IMG/VR virus record: IMGVR_UViG_3300035696_000013
Coordinates: 1-64,000 of that record
DNA: 64,000 nucleotides
Strand: one strand, 5' to 3'
Source of the DNA: a virus
Position 1 is the first letter of the stretch; every line of letters starts with the position of its first letter. Shown piece after piece: positions 42,715-52,831 of this stretch. The notes below the pieces were generated by a model, which had not been told where the DNA came from, did no database searches, and saw only the letters and a list, made by a program, of their open reading frames with translations. Position numbers and translations under genes: made by a program.

Positions 42715-42880
42715 GCTCTTCTTCGTTCTCTACATCTTCATCAGAAGACATGACAGTCCCTTTCCAATCTGGGCAAGAACTGCTGGCAATTGCTATTGCT
42801 TTCTTAACAGCTTCTTCGTCATTGTCAGCATCTACATTAACAAAATCTTCAGCTTCCACTAAAACAATGTAATTTTTCAT
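42707..42880 (-). CDS. Small acidic hypothetical protein (57 aa)
   Basis: Hand-translated MKNYIVLVEAEDFVNVDADNDEEAVKKAIAIA...; fills the gap and overlaps the start of the next gene. Confidence 0.55.
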   Translation of the reverse strand: MKNYIVLVEAEDFVNVDADNDEEAVKKAIAIASSSCPDWKGTVMSSDEDVENEEEHE

Positions 42881-42881
42881 G

Positions 42882-43046
42882 TTATATATTCTGACTTAAG
42901 ACCAGTCCTCTTTCAATCATTCTATCGACAACTTGTTCAACAATTTGATCCAGAAGCTCGTCAGGAAGAGAGATAATGCGCCCTTTTTCGTCTACTTTTA
43001 TACAATTATCCTGACTGTCTGTAATTCCGATTTCATTTTGATTCAT
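42882..43046 (-). CDS. Small hypothetical protein (54 aa)
   Basis: Hand-translated MNQNEIGITDSQDNCIKVDEKGRIISLPDELLDQIVEQVVDRMIERGLVLSQNI; tightly packed between neighbours. Confidence 0.5.
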   Translation of the reverse strand: MNQNEIGITDSQDNCIKVDEKGRIISLPDELLDQIVEQVVDRMIERGLVLSQNI

Positions 43047-44151
43047 GCAATTCTCCAAACCTTTGTTTCAATACTGGAACCATAGCTTCAGCAGAAGGTT
43101 TGCTGCCTACGATCCAAAACAAAGATCGCTCGTTTAGGTAGGGACGAAAAATGTCCAAATTATCCTTCATATAATGCATCATCTTACCCTCATAACGAGG
43201 GTGAAACTCTATATCTTTATAGGAGTAAGGCATGAGATCGTTGTATTCGCAATAGCCTGTGCCATTCAGATTATAGTGCTCAAGAATGTAAGGAGCTATC
43301 TTTGAAGATTCTGGTTCAAGATCCTGATTGTGCTTAAATCTCCATCTAAAACAATCGGTCAAGCGAGCGTTCCAAGGCGTTCTCTCTTCTATTGATACTT
43401 GCTCTATCACCTGCAATCGACGATAAATATAAGCAGGATCTGTACTGCCAAAAGAACCGATTCCCAAAAGAATCACTCTCTTAAGGTTTTTGGGTCTAAA
43501 ACGTGTAATCCCATACAAAACGGAGGTCACACTGTTGCAACTACCCGCTGGAACGATAATTGTTTCAATCTCAGCAGGAAGATTTCGAACTTGTTCGCTG
43601 CCTACTTTATGGAAAGCTTCTACTCGTTCGGGAGAGTTCTTTTCTTGATCAACAGTGATATTGGTCTCTAAGTGAAAATAGCCAGGAAATTCTGTTTCTG
43701 TCAATTCCTTAGCCTTACTATTCAAAGTAGCAGCATATCCAGGGTTAAAACTTCTAAACTGAGCACCCAACCATTTTGCTGCTGCAAGTGTCTCGTGCTC
43801 TTCGGGACGTTTAGTACCAATACAATCTACAACAGGAAGACCAAAATGCACCCCAATACAAGCAGTCATAGGATGTTGGGGACTCCCGGTAACGGCTCCA
43901 TGAGAAATTCCAACTGCACCTTGTTTGATAGCTTCGGAGACTAACCAGATACACTGTCGTAGCTTAGAACCATTAATGCCGCCATAACCCAGCGGAGCAA
44001 ATTTATCTTCTCGCTTGAACCACATGCCGCCAATCTTTTCGCATGGCGAGAGGTCTAAAATGTGATCTTCCCAATGTATCAAATCACGATCTATGCTCTG
44101 TATCTGGAAGATGCTATCGTTCATAATTTCCCTTGTAGTATGATACTGCAA
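43033..44151 (-). CDS. PLP-dependent (PALP fold) enzyme, probable DNA-base decarboxylase
   Basis: 'WFKREDKFAPLGYGGINGSKLRQC', 'SPQ', 'VPAGSCNS', 'HPRYEGK', 'LFWIVG'; adjacent to AADT. Confidence 0.75.
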   Translation of the reverse strand: MQYHTTREIMNDSIFQIQSIDRDLIHWEDHILDLSPCEKIGGMWFKREDKFAPLGYGGINGSKLRQCIWLVSEAIKQGAVGISHGAVTGSPQHPMTACIGVHFGLPVVDCIGTKRPEEHETLAAAKWLGAQFRSFNPGYAATLNSKAKELTETEFPGYFHLETNITVDQEKNSPERVEAFHKVGSEQVRNLPAEIETIIVPAGSCNSVTSVLYGITRFRPKNLKRVILLGIGSFGSTDPAYIYRRLQVIEQVSIEERTPWNARLTDCFRWRFKHNQDLEPESSKIAPYILEHYNLNGTGYCEYNDLMPYSYKDIEFHPRYEGKMMHYMKDNLDIFRPYLNERSLFWIVGSKPSAEAMVPVLKQRFGELHESK

Positions 44152-44260
44152 AGTTGGTAGGAAAACAAGCTTTTCGCTCGATTTTTCCTGTTTACTTGTA
44201 AGTCCCGGTATTATACAGACCTAAAACCTAAGTCGCGGCTCCTGGAAAGTATTGACTATT

Positions 44261-45766
44261 ATGACCGAAGCTCCAAAAACCACAAAAGAAAGCTACGCTT
44301 ACAACTTTTGGCGTCTTTTTCATTGTTTCTTGCGTCATTCTCGTACAGAGGAAGAACTGTCTCGTACAAAAGATACTTGGACTTGGATGATGGACAATGT
44401 GGTCAGTTTACGCAAAATTTGTGTGGACGTGCAACTTGATTTATTGAATGTCATTTGGTCCGTTGCTACCGAAACTCAGGATCTACCCGGCTACAATCTT
44501 GTCCTTGAAACCGTTCAGGGAATGGAAAAGAACGATGCTCTCCTAGATGCCTTAAAAGAATACTGCAGTTTTGAACCTCAGCTAACAATACACGATCCTG
44601 AGGATTTGGCAGGAGTTTTTCGCGAATTAGCTACCGATTGGGAAAAAGAACGAATTTCAAGTTTGCTAAGGACCACATTCAGAATAGTCAATAAAAACAT
44701 TGAAGAAAACAAAGTAAAGTGGTCTGGTCCTCGAGATGGGATTCATTATTTGATGAAAGGACTAGAAAGCGGTCTTCTTGTGGGAGAAGCCGAATCAACT
44801 CATCCCATAGATGTAAAAAACGAGGCTGAAGGAATCATGGAATACTATGAAGAACAGGGACGTCGAGGATTTATAGATTCCGGTTTTCCCCAGTTTAAAT
44901 TTCAAGCCAGCAACTTCGTAGGAATTTTAGGTTATGCAGGAGATGGCAAATCCGTAACAGGACGATATTTCCTGTACAACATGGCTGTACAGGGGAAACG
45001 AGTTATCCATATTTCTCTTGAGAATAGTTCAACCGTGGAGCGCAATAAGTTCATTATCATGCACGCTCATAATCCAAAGTTTGGAGACGAATTCAAGAGC
45101 ATCTCGTACGAAAGGTTCAAACACCATCTTTTGTCCTATCGAGAACGCGGCTATCTTGAAGAAGTTGCCAAAGACTTTAGAGCGAATGTAAGTGGAAACA
45201 TCATAATCCATCAGCCTCTAATCGCCAGCTGGCCGCACTGTAAGAACTTTATCGAGGCACAAGACCTTATTGAAAACATAGAGGCAGTGCAGATAGATTA
45301 TCTTCAGTTAATCGACCCACCTACGTCTAAAAATGAACCGGATCAAAGAACTCGAATGACTACCATGGTTAAAGATGTACGGCAGTACGCTCTGACCTTT
45401 GGAGGCAGCCGAAAGCTAGTTATTATTTCTCCTGTTCAATCAAACGAAGAGGGAATCACACGTGCTCGTAATGAAGAGGGAGTTTGGAACTTAAGCGGGA
45501 TCAACAACGATAAAGAACTGGGCCGCAGCATGGACTTCATTGTAGGCGTCTGTAACCGAGGCAAGGCGAACATTGCTCATTATGGAGAAGTTCAAGATTT
45601 AGTTTTCTCCTGCGTCAAAGAACGCGATGGTATCGGCTTTTCTCCTTTCTTTGCACAACTAACCGGGGCAGGATGGCTCATCCCTTCATCTCGTTTTGGT
45701 CCACAAGTTGCTTCTACAGAGACAGAAACTTTGAATGACAATGTTGATCCGGAAATGGAACAGTAA
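44261..45766 (+). CDS. dnaB: DnaB-like (SF4) replicative helicase
   Basis: Walker A 'GYAGDGKS', 'ISLEN', Walker B 'IDYLQL', 'SPVQSN', 'VKERDG'. Start placed at ATG 44261. Confidence 0.7.
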   Translation: MTEAPKTTKESYAYNFWRLFHCFLRHSRTEEELSRTKDTWTWMMDNVVSLRKICVDVQLDLLNVIWSVATETQDLPGYNLVLETVQGMEKNDALLDALKEYCSFEPQLTIHDPEDLAGVFRELATDWEKERISSLLRTTFRIVNKNIEENKVKWSGPRDGIHYLMKGLESGLLVGEAESTHPIDVKNEAEGIMEYYEEQGRRGFIDSGFPQFKFQASNFVGILGYAGDGKSVTGRYFLYNMAVQGKRVIHISLENSSTVERNKFIIMHAHNPKFGDEFKSISYERFKHHLLSYRERGYLEEVAKDFRANVSGNIIIHQPLIASWPHCKNFIEAQDLIENIEAVQIDYLQLIDPPTSKNEPDQRTRMTTMVKDVRQYALTFGGSRKLVIISPVQSNEEGITRARNEEGVWNLSGINNDKELGRSMDFIVGVCNRGKANIAHYGEVQDLVFSCVKERDGIGFSPFFAQLTGAGWLIPSSRFGPQVASTETETLNDNVDPEMEQ

Positions 45767-46296
45767 TGACAAAAGTAACTGAGAGTCAACCCGTATATCT
45801 CGAAATTAAAAACTGGGAGAAGTATCAAGCTGACAATAAAGGTCAAGTTCGAGAAGGTCCTTCACCCTGGATTAAGGACTGGACTGATAAGGAATCTGAT
45901 TACGAATATAGTAAATTAACTTACTACCAACGCTATGTATATGACGCCTTGCGTAGGCTAAAAGGGAAGACTGGAAAGAATCCTCCGAATGATCCTTTGT
46001 ACATAGCACGAGCCACGCACGCACTACCTAGAGATAGCGCACACATAGCGCACGCCATACGCACACTCATCGATTTAGGGCTTGTGCGTATAGTGTGGGT
46101 GGCGAATTCGAACTCACACACTACGCACGCACTACCTACCCCCTCGGGAAGTCCACTAGAATCAGGAGATAGAAGCTCTTCAGATATAGATATAGAAAGA
46201 GATAGAGTAGATATAGATATATCTACGAATGGATCAACAGAGAATAGCGAGAGTGTTACAGTAGGCAAAGGGTTCCAAGAGGAGAGTGCACTCTAA
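45766..46296 (+). CDS. Phage replication initiator-like protein, N-terminal part, with internal repeats
   Basis: 'IKNWEKYQ' motif, HTH-like segment and low-complexity 'DIDIERDRVDIDI' tail typical of replisome organisers. Confidence 0.5.
   Translation: MTKVTESQPVYLEIKNWEKYQADNKGQVREGPSPWIKDWTDKESDYEYSKLTYYQRYVYDALRRLKGKTGKNPPNDPLYIARATHALPRDSAHIAHAIRTLIDLGLVRIVWVANSNSHTTHALPTPSGSPLESGDRSSSDIDIERDRVDIDISTNGSTENSESVTVGKGFQEESAL
46001..46222 (+). repeat. Iteron-like repeats (candidate replication origin)
   Basis: 16-bp direct repeat ACGCACGCACTACCTA at 46015-46030 and 46123-46138, shorter ATAGCGCAC repeats between them, then a GATATA-rich tract. Confidence 0.45.
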
Positions 46297-46850
46297 TGGC
46301 GGATCTCCCAGCAAAAGAAAGACTGGCAAATAAGTTATGGACTCTGGTGGGTCGTCCTGCAAAGGCTGACTACCAGGGATGGGCTTCTCAATTTTCCCGT
46401 TTGCTCGAATCACATCCATTAGAAGAAATCGCCGATGTAATGACTTTTGCTCTTGAGCAGAATCCTTACTCCGCCGAATACTTGAGAGCCGCTAACGATC
46501 CCGCTGCCTCGTTCGCAAAGAATTATGATGATCTGTTGCGTCGTCGTAAAGCAAAGCAAAAAGCTGACCAGATTGCTATCCGTAATGAGGAAGACGACTT
46601 AATTCCTCTCCCTTACCGTTGCCCTCACAATATACATCTGTGCCCTTTTCAATGCCTAAAGTGTTTACGTTTGGCTCGTCTTATCGGTCGTAGTGCAAAG
46701 GAGATTAAACTCATTTGGCAGAGCTTGCACGTGGCGGAAATTGAAGCCGATTTGAAAGAACTGGAACAAAATCGTGCTTATCAGAAAAATTATTTTGAGC
46801 AGCGAACGAAGAAGTCTCCTTTTCCCAAGAAGACTGAGAAAACTAAGTAA
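46296..46850 (+). CDS. Replication initiator C-terminal-like protein
   Basis: TAATG-coupled to the upstream gene; 'WASQFSRLL...EIADVMTFAL...FAKNYDDLL' resembles the C-terminal domain of phage initiators. Confidence 0.4.
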   Translation: MADLPAKERLANKLWTLVGRPAKADYQGWASQFSRLLESHPLEEIADVMTFALEQNPYSAEYLRAANDPAASFAKNYDDLLRRRKAKQKADQIAIRNEEDDLIPLPYRCPHNIHLCPFQCLKCLRLARLIGRSAKEIKLIWQSLHVAEIEADLKELEQNRAYQKNYFEQRTKKSPFPKKTEKTK

Positions 46851-47003
46851 CTTGTCTTTTTTATCATAGTGCTGAAACCTTCATAAATACAGTATTAATT
46901 CCCTATCGTCGCGAAAATCGCCAATGAAAATTTAGGTCAATTTCAAACCCAGAAGAGTACCCTGACTGTTACTAATTTCTCTTCTTTTAAGGATCAACAT
47001 TTC

Positions 47004-48959
47004 ATGATGTCAAGTCGCATGTCCCCCTTTCAACAGTATATTCACAAATCGAGATATGCACGCTGGCTTCCGGATCAAAATCGAAGGGAAAATTGGGAAG
47101 AAACAGTACATCGGTACATAGAATTCTTTACTCCCCGCATTCCTGAAGTGGATCGCGAGAAGATTTCCACAGACCTAGAAAAGGCTATCCTCTCCTTGGA
47201 AGTTATGCCTTCCATGAGAGCTTTGATGACAGCTGGCCCTGCTCTAAAGAAGGACAATGCAGCCGGGTACAACTGCTCTTTCCTAATTGTGGACGATCCT
47301 CGCGCTTTCGACGAAGCAATGTATCTTAGCATGTGTAGCGCAGGAGTAGGGTTTTCGGTTGAACGACAGTTTGTGGCGATGTTGCCGACGATTGCAGAGA
47401 ACTTTTATCCGACTGATACGACCATCAAAGTTATGGACAGCAAGATTGGATGGGCAACGGGATTCCGCCAACTCATTCAGCTTTTGTACGGCGGTTTGAT
47501 ACCTAAATGGGATCTTAGCGCCGTTCGTCCTGCTGGTGCTCCGCTCAGAACCTTTGGTGGTCGTGCTTCGGGTCCTGCTCCGTTGGATCGTCTCTTCAAA
47601 TTCACAGTAAACCTTTTCCGTCGCGCTGCTGGTCGTAAATTCAATTCCATTGAGTGTCATGATTTGATGTGTAAGGTTGCCGATGTAGTTGTCTCGGGTG
47701 GCGTAAGACGATCAGCAATGATTTCGCTTTCTAACCTATCTGATGATCGCATGCGGAATGCCAAGAATGGAAAGTGGTGGGAAGACAACGGCCATCGCGC
47801 ACTGAGCAATAATTCTGTGGCTTACACAGAAAAACCTGAAATGGAAATTTTCCTTCGCGAATGGCTCACTCTGGTAGAAAGTAAATCGGGTGAGCGCGGT
47901 ATTTTCAATCGCGAAGCTGCTCAATTACAAGCAAAGAAAAATGGCCGTCGTAAATACAAAGGAATCAACTTTGGAACCAATCCTTGTTCTGAAATTATTC
48001 TTCGTTCTAAAGGATTGTGCAATTTAACCGAGGTAGTTGTCCGTCCTGAAGATTCAGTAAACACTTTGAAACGCAAGATTCGTCTAGCAGTCATTATGGG
48101 CTGCTTGCAATCTACCCTGACTGACTTTCGCTATTTAAGAAAAGAATGGCAAAAGAATGCAGAGGAAGAACGATTGCTAGGAGTTTCTCTAACCGGAATA
48201 GCCGACAACGTTTTGTTATCAACGAATGGCCCTGAATTGGAGAAACTCCTAGACGAGCTACATGACTATGCTGTGAATGTCTGTAAGGATTGGTCCAAGC
48301 GGCTGAATATTAAACTTGCTACCGCCATTACTTGCGTAAAGCCATCCGGGACTGTCTCGCAGCTTGTGAACAGCGCGTCCGGAATTCATGGACGATGGTC
48401 CGATTATTATCTTCGTGCCGTTCGAGGGGATAAGAAGGACCCTCTAGGCCAATTCTTAAAGGCTATGGGCATTCCTAATGAACCGGACATCACTAAACCA
48501 AACGATGTAGATATTTTCTATTTTCCAATGGAGTCTCCCAAGAGCAGTGTAAAGCGAAATGATACCTCAGCCATTGAGCAGCTTGAATTGTATCTGACCT
48601 ACTATCGCCATTGGTGCGAACACAATGTCAGCATCACAATTTATGTTAAAGAAAACGAATGGTTGAAGGTCGCTGCTTGGGTATATGAGCATTTTAATGA
48701 AGTCGGAGGAATCAGCTTCCTGCCCTATTCGGATCATGTCTATCAACAAGCTCCTTATACCGAAATCACAGAAGAAGAGTATCAGACTAGGAAAGCTGCA
48801 TTTCCGGAAATAGATTGGTCCAGACTTCCTGAGTTTGAAAAGGAAGACAATACCGTAGGCACCAAGGAGCTAGCTTGCTCTGCTGGCGTTTGCGAGTTAG
48901 TTGATATCACAGGCGTTCGCGATACAACTAATACTGACAACATTTCTAATTTGCAGTAG
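47004..48959 (+). CDS. nrdJ: Class II (adenosylcobalamin) ribonucleotide reductase
   Basis: 'PSMRAL', 'GYNCSF', 'GGVRRSA', 'GTNPCSEI', 'CNLTEV', 'TCVKPSGT' and C-terminal 'ACSAGVCE'. Confidence 0.93.
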   Translation: MMSSRMSPFQQYIHKSRYARWLPDQNRRENWEETVHRYIEFFTPRIPEVDREKISTDLEKAILSLEVMPSMRALMTAGPALKKDNAAGYNCSFLIVDDPRAFDEAMYLSMCSAGVGFSVERQFVAMLPTIAENFYPTDTTIKVMDSKIGWATGFRQLIQLLYGGLIPKWDLSAVRPAGAPLRTFGGRASGPAPLDRLFKFTVNLFRRAAGRKFNSIECHDLMCKVADVVVSGGVRRSAMISLSNLSDDRMRNAKNGKWWEDNGHRALSNNSVAYTEKPEMEIFLREWLTLVESKSGERGIFNREAAQLQAKKNGRRKYKGINFGTNPCSEIILRSKGLCNLTEVVVRPEDSVNTLKRKIRLAVIMGCLQSTLTDFRYLRKEWQKNAEEERLLGVSLTGIADNVLLSTNGPELEKLLDELHDYAVNVCKDWSKRLNIKLATAITCVKPSGTVSQLVNSASGIHGRWSDYYLRAVRGDKKDPLGQFLKAMGIPNEPDITKPNDVDIFYFPMESPKSSVKRNDTSAIEQLELYLTYYRHWCEHNVSITIYVKENEWLKVAAWVYEHFNEVGGISFLPYSDHVYQQAPYTEITEEEYQTRKAAFPEIDWSRLPEFEKEDNTVGTKELACSAGVCELVDITGVRDTTNTDNISNLQ

Positions 48960-48969
48960 TGAGGATTGA

Positions 48970-49593
48970 ATGATCATAGGTATTTCGGGAGTCTCTTCTA
49001 CGGGAAAGTCTTCCCTGGCAAAAGCCGCAGCAGAAAAGTTGAATCTTCCCGTTCTCCTTGATACAGACTGGCATGAGAGAGCTTGGAAATGGCTTGAAGA
49101 AAAAGGCTTGATGCCTCATACTAAGTTCTTTCCTGAACTAACACCAGAAGAACACATCAATTTTGAACGAGCCGCCGTTTCTTCTCGCATTGCTATGGAA
49201 AACGAACAGTCAGAATTTATCGGGGATGAAACGCCACTCGAATACATAAATTATCTGTACCTCACTTGTGCTCCGTATCCCAATTTGATTTCTCCAACTG
49301 AATTGAATGTCATGATTGATGCTCTGCGTTCTCAGTTGCGTCGATACGATCTAATTTGGTATCTACCTTTTGGACAATTGCCTGTAGTAGACGATGGCCG
49401 CCGTCTCACTAATGAGCATCTCTTAAAAGGATTGGATTATCGACTACGGGGAATGATGCAAGAACTAATAGAGTTGCAACATCCCATTATTGGGATTATC
49501 AATGACATTACGGATTTGGAAACACGTGTAAAGATTGTGTTGACTTCGCCTGAGATCATAAAGCAGAATAAACAGAGGAAGAAAATTAATTAG
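48970..49593 (+). CDS. P-loop kinase (AAA_28/dNMP kinase-like)
   Basis: 'IGISGVSSTGKSSLA', 'YDLIWYLP', 'DDGRR'; next to the RNR gene. Confidence 0.65.
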   Translation: MIIGISGVSSTGKSSLAKAAAEKLNLPVLLDTDWHERAWKWLEEKGLMPHTKFFPELTPEEHINFERAAVSSRIAMENEQSEFIGDETPLEYINYLYLTCAPYPNLISPTELNVMIDALRSQLRRYDLIWYLPFGQLPVVDDGRRLTNEHLLKGLDYRLRGMMQELIELQHPIIGIINDITDLETRVKIVLTSPEIIKQNKQRKKIN

Positions 49594-49606
49594 AGAGACT
49601 TATAAC

Positions 49607-49795
49607 ATGAGCGAAAGTGCAACAGAGCAATTCTTAACGTGGTACGAACAAGCTAAAGCGAAAGGCTTGAAAAGCATAAATTTCTGCCCAGCAGATACTT
49701 CTATGTCTACGGTTGAATCTTTCTTAGAGGAAGTTAATGCCGTGCGTCGTGCAGTAGACAGAGGGGAATTTCAAGAATTATCTGACGAAATTTAG
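49607..49795 (+). CDS. Hypothetical protein
   Basis: 62 aa ORF following in the operon. Confidence 0.5.
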   Translation: MSESATEQFLTWYEQAKAKGLKSINFCPADTSMSTVESFLEEVNAVRRAVDRGEFQELSDEI

Positions 49796-50133
49796 AGTTT
49801 CTGAATTTTGGCTTGTATTTCTTTTGCTAGATCAAAGTATATCGAGAAGTATCTTACTGGCTCTCCCCACCGTTGAAATTCCATATGGAACACCAAGGCT
49901 ATGATGTGAGCAATGGCTGTGACTCCCACTTTTTTGTATCCTTCACTCACAATTTCTTTGGCTATGTAACGAGATTCAGGGTCGTATTCATCGCTCGGAG
50001 CACCCACCTTGAGTAGCTGCTCTAAATCGGCCTTGTCAACGAGATGCTTAACTACGATAAATACTCTCTGTTCAAGGGCTTCCAGTTTTTCAGGAGGGGC
50101 AATTCGATCTTCAGAATTCTTTTTATTAGCCAT
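49792..50133 (-). CDS. Hypothetical protein
   Basis: Likely start at ATG 50133 (MANKKNSE); contains 'GAPSDEYDPE' motif. Confidence 0.55.
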   Translation of the reverse strand: MANKKNSEDRIAPPEKLEALEQRVFIVVKHLVDKADLEQLLKVGAPSDEYDPESRYIAKEIVSEGYKKVGVTAIAHIIALVFHMEFQRWGEPVRYFSIYFDLAKEIQAKIQKL

Positions 50134-50188
50134 GTTAAATAATGCCGGAAAACTCCTTTTGTGTAGTAGATTATAAGTGGAGAGATAA

Positions 50189-51133
50189 ATGAGCATCCCT
50201 GCCACAGACAAGATTGTCGCAACCGCCGCCACCAAGCACATCACTCACTCTTTCGATGTTTCTCGATTCAAAGGGGCTTTGCGTTCTCTTGAAATTGGGC
50301 AGCAAATGGGTAAGATCTACAACATGGAATTTGAAAATGCAAAGTACTGGATTGCCCAAGGAACCGAGCATGCTCAACATATAGCAGCCGAAAAAGCACG
50401 TACCGATAAAGTCTACTCCGACGCAGATCCACGTGGAGATATTGGCTACGCCTTTTGTATGAATCAGGCTGCTTCTCTGGCTCGTCGTCTTAGGAAGCTG
50501 GATTCGAAACTTATCACGCCGGGGATACAATCGTACCTGGAAACCTTGGATCAGATTGCTGCAGTTTACATCTGGTTGAAATCGTTTAAGCCCATTATCG
50601 TTAAGGGTAGAAAGCCTAATCCGAATGCTCCTCCGCCGGATTTGACTAATATGGCAACTTGTGCCATTTGTTTCAGACAGCAAAAATTAGTCAAAGAAAA
50701 CAATGAATTGGTTATGGTGCATCATGGCTTTCACATTAGCGATGGAGCAGGACGATACTACGGGTACCGTGCTGGGTCCTGCCAAGGTGTTGGTTTTCAG
50801 CCTTATGAATTGAGCAGCGAAGCAAACGAGGCATACAAAAAGCTTCTCGGAGCACAACTGCTTTGTCAACAGGAATTTCTTCAGAAATTAAACAAGGGAG
50901 AGATTACAACCCTTCAATATCGCGTTCGTTCTACTGGGGATATTACTGAGTGGAAAACCACTTCTCGAGGAGATTCTGACTGGGATAAAATTTTCAAGAA
51001 AGAATTGAATGAGGCAGAATCCAATATCAAGCAGATCAAAAGCGACATCTCTTGGCAAGACGATCTTATTGCTCGTTGGACTCCTCAATCGGTAGTTTTC
51101 GACGGAACAACGTATCAAGCTTCCAGAGGTTAA
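50189..51133 (+). CDS. Hypothetical protein with CxxC...H...C motif
   Basis: 314 aa with GGAG SD upstream; 'TCAICFR...VHHGF...GSCQG'. Confidence 0.65.
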   Translation: MSIPATDKIVATAATKHITHSFDVSRFKGALRSLEIGQQMGKIYNMEFENAKYWIAQGTEHAQHIAAEKARTDKVYSDADPRGDIGYAFCMNQAASLARRLRKLDSKLITPGIQSYLETLDQIAAVYIWLKSFKPIIVKGRKPNPNAPPPDLTNMATCAICFRQQKLVKENNELVMVHHGFHISDGAGRYYGYRAGSCQGVGFQPYELSSEANEAYKKLLGAQLLCQQEFLQKLNKGEITTLQYRVRSTGDITEWKTTSRGDSDWDKIFKKELNEAESNIKQIKSDISWQDDLIARWTPQSVVFDGTTYQASRG

Positions 51134-51374
51134 TTTTATGGAAGTTCTTTACACCAATCAAAGAGGTCTTGAATTCTTCCTCTCCTGCACAGGAACTGCT
51201 TTTGAAGGTCGCTATCCGGGTAAGATTAGTAATGTCGAAGAGGTTGCCATAGAAGTTATGAAACCTCATTGGATCTCGAATAAGCCTCCTGCTACTCCTA
51301 AGTCCTTGATTAACTAAGACTTAAAACTACCCGAATCTGCAAGTTTCTGCGTAGATTGTAATAGAGATACGACT

Positions 51375-51602
51375 ATGAAACGAGCACTTCAAAAAGCCAA
51401 ACGAGATGCAGTGAAGTGGGCCAAAGCGGAGCTAAAGCGGCTCCTTGCTGAAGGTCGAAATCCACAAGATGCAGCTGAAGAAATTCTGATTGCGGTTTCT
51501 CGTCGACTGTATGGAATTGGTTGTCAAGTGGCCGTTTCGAAGGAATTGAATTTGCACTTTCGGCAACAAGAGGAAGAAAATGGAAGAACCAAAACAGCCT
51601 GA
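51375..51602 (+). CDS. Hypothetical protein
   Basis: 75 aa ORF. Confidence 0.5.
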   Translation: MKRALQKAKRDAVKWAKAELKRLLAEGRNPQDAAEEILIAVSRRLYGIGCQVAVSKELNLHFRQQEEENGRTKTA

Positions 51603-51762
51603 ACTAGGAACTAAAGTCAGACATTCTTCCCATAAAGAGGAAGGAGTTGTAGAAGGCTACAACTCAAAAGGAACGCCGTTAGTGCGTTGGAGTTATGGAA
51701 ATCTGACTGCGACACCAGTTACTTCTCTAGAAACTGAACAGGAATTTTGCAGCGCAACTTAA
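51580..51762 (+). CDS. Small SH3-like hypothetical protein
   Basis: 60 aa 'LGTKVRH...EGVVEG...LVRW'; GAGGAAG SD upstream. Confidence 0.45.
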   Translation: MEEPKQPELGTKVRHSSHKEEGVVEGYNSKGTPLVRWSYGNLTATPVTSLETEQEFCSAT

Positions 51763-51916
51763 CTGGAAGAAGTAAAGAAATAACTACCTGATTTCTAATT
51801 GTTGATCGTAGTATCAATTGTGAAGCCGAGTATAGGAAGCGGCAAAGCCGCACAACGAAACTCGGAAGTCAAGGACTGACTGGCTGTACAGATGCATCGT
51901 CTACCTTGCAAAGTTT

Positions 51917-52019
51917 TGCACTGTGGTGCGATGGTTGCAACGCCATCTAACTGCGAGGAGCAGGGCCACAACTGGGATATCCCGGCAGGGAGAGTTAGGT
52001 TCAAATCCTAACAGTACAT
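51917..52019 (+). ncRNA. tRNA-like RNA with anticodon arm replaced by a multi-hairpin insert
   Basis: Acceptor TGCACTG/CAGTACA, D-like arm, T arm TTAGG-TTCAAAT-CCTAA; no anticodon loop and no encoded CCA. Confidence 0.5.
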
Positions 52020-52186
52020 TTGAGATGCCGTTCCGGACGGCGCTGGACCCATTTACGGCGAGGAGCCTAAACGGTGGGCAACCATCCGGAAAACTATTGG
52101 GAAGAAGTAAAAAAGTAGGCGGTGGGTGCTATCTGACAAGATCTTGCAAGGTTTTGTCAGGTAACGAGCCGCACCCACAAAGTTTT

Positions 52187-52274
52187 GTGTCTGTAGCTTA
52201 GAGGCAAAGCGGCAGCCATTAGCCCTTGGGCGCGTGGCAGCAGATCAGTGGTTCGAGTCCACTCGGATACACCA
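52187..52274 (+). ncRNA. Anticodon-less tRNA mimic with G3-U70 and CCA
   Basis: GTGTCTG/CGGATAC-ACCA, D arm GCTT-AGAGGC-AAAGC, T arm AGTGG-TTCGAGT-CCACT; extended anticodon arm capped by a CUUG loop. Confidence 0.65.
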
Positions 52275-52700
52275 GAATCAGGGTCCGTTACAAGGGTCCC
52301 TTCGTGCCCACTCTGTGATGGGGTGGGGACAGGGACCCTGCTGGGCGGATCCGGGGAAGGCGGACTAATCAACCGTCTGTCCCAAATTTTATGAGCGTGA
52401 ATTTGCCGCTTACACGATTTGATGAGGCCAAGCAGTTGGCTCTCTCTGGCAACTATACCCTAAATGCCATCGTGGATCCACGATGTAGGACGCCAGAGGA
52501 TGTGGATTCCGGGTCCACTGGAACTCATCAATCCTTTCGTTATAGAAGTATTAAGTAGAGACGTACAAGTTTGAATTGGTCAATGCCAATTCATGCGGAG
52601 TAAACGCAAGGTCCGGGTGCTGCTGAAAAGCTGCAGTCTGAGCGCAACCTAAATAGGCGACACGCGAAGTAAGATGCACCCGGCATCTAATTTTTGAGTT

Positions 52701-52831
52701 TTGTGGTGCAGTGGGGATGGCGACCCACACTTATGCTAATAGAGGAGCTATGATGCTTGGCCGTTTTCGGTCGGTGAATAAACCGTGGCTGTAACTCCTC
52801 CAGCACCCGCGTTCGAATCCGGGCACCACAA
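52701..52831 (+). ncRNA. tRNA-like RNA with large central insert
   Basis: TTGTGGTGC/GCACCACAA closing stem, GTGGG/CCCAC D-like stem, GAGGAG/CTCCTC central helix and GTTCGAATC T loop. Confidence 0.5.
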
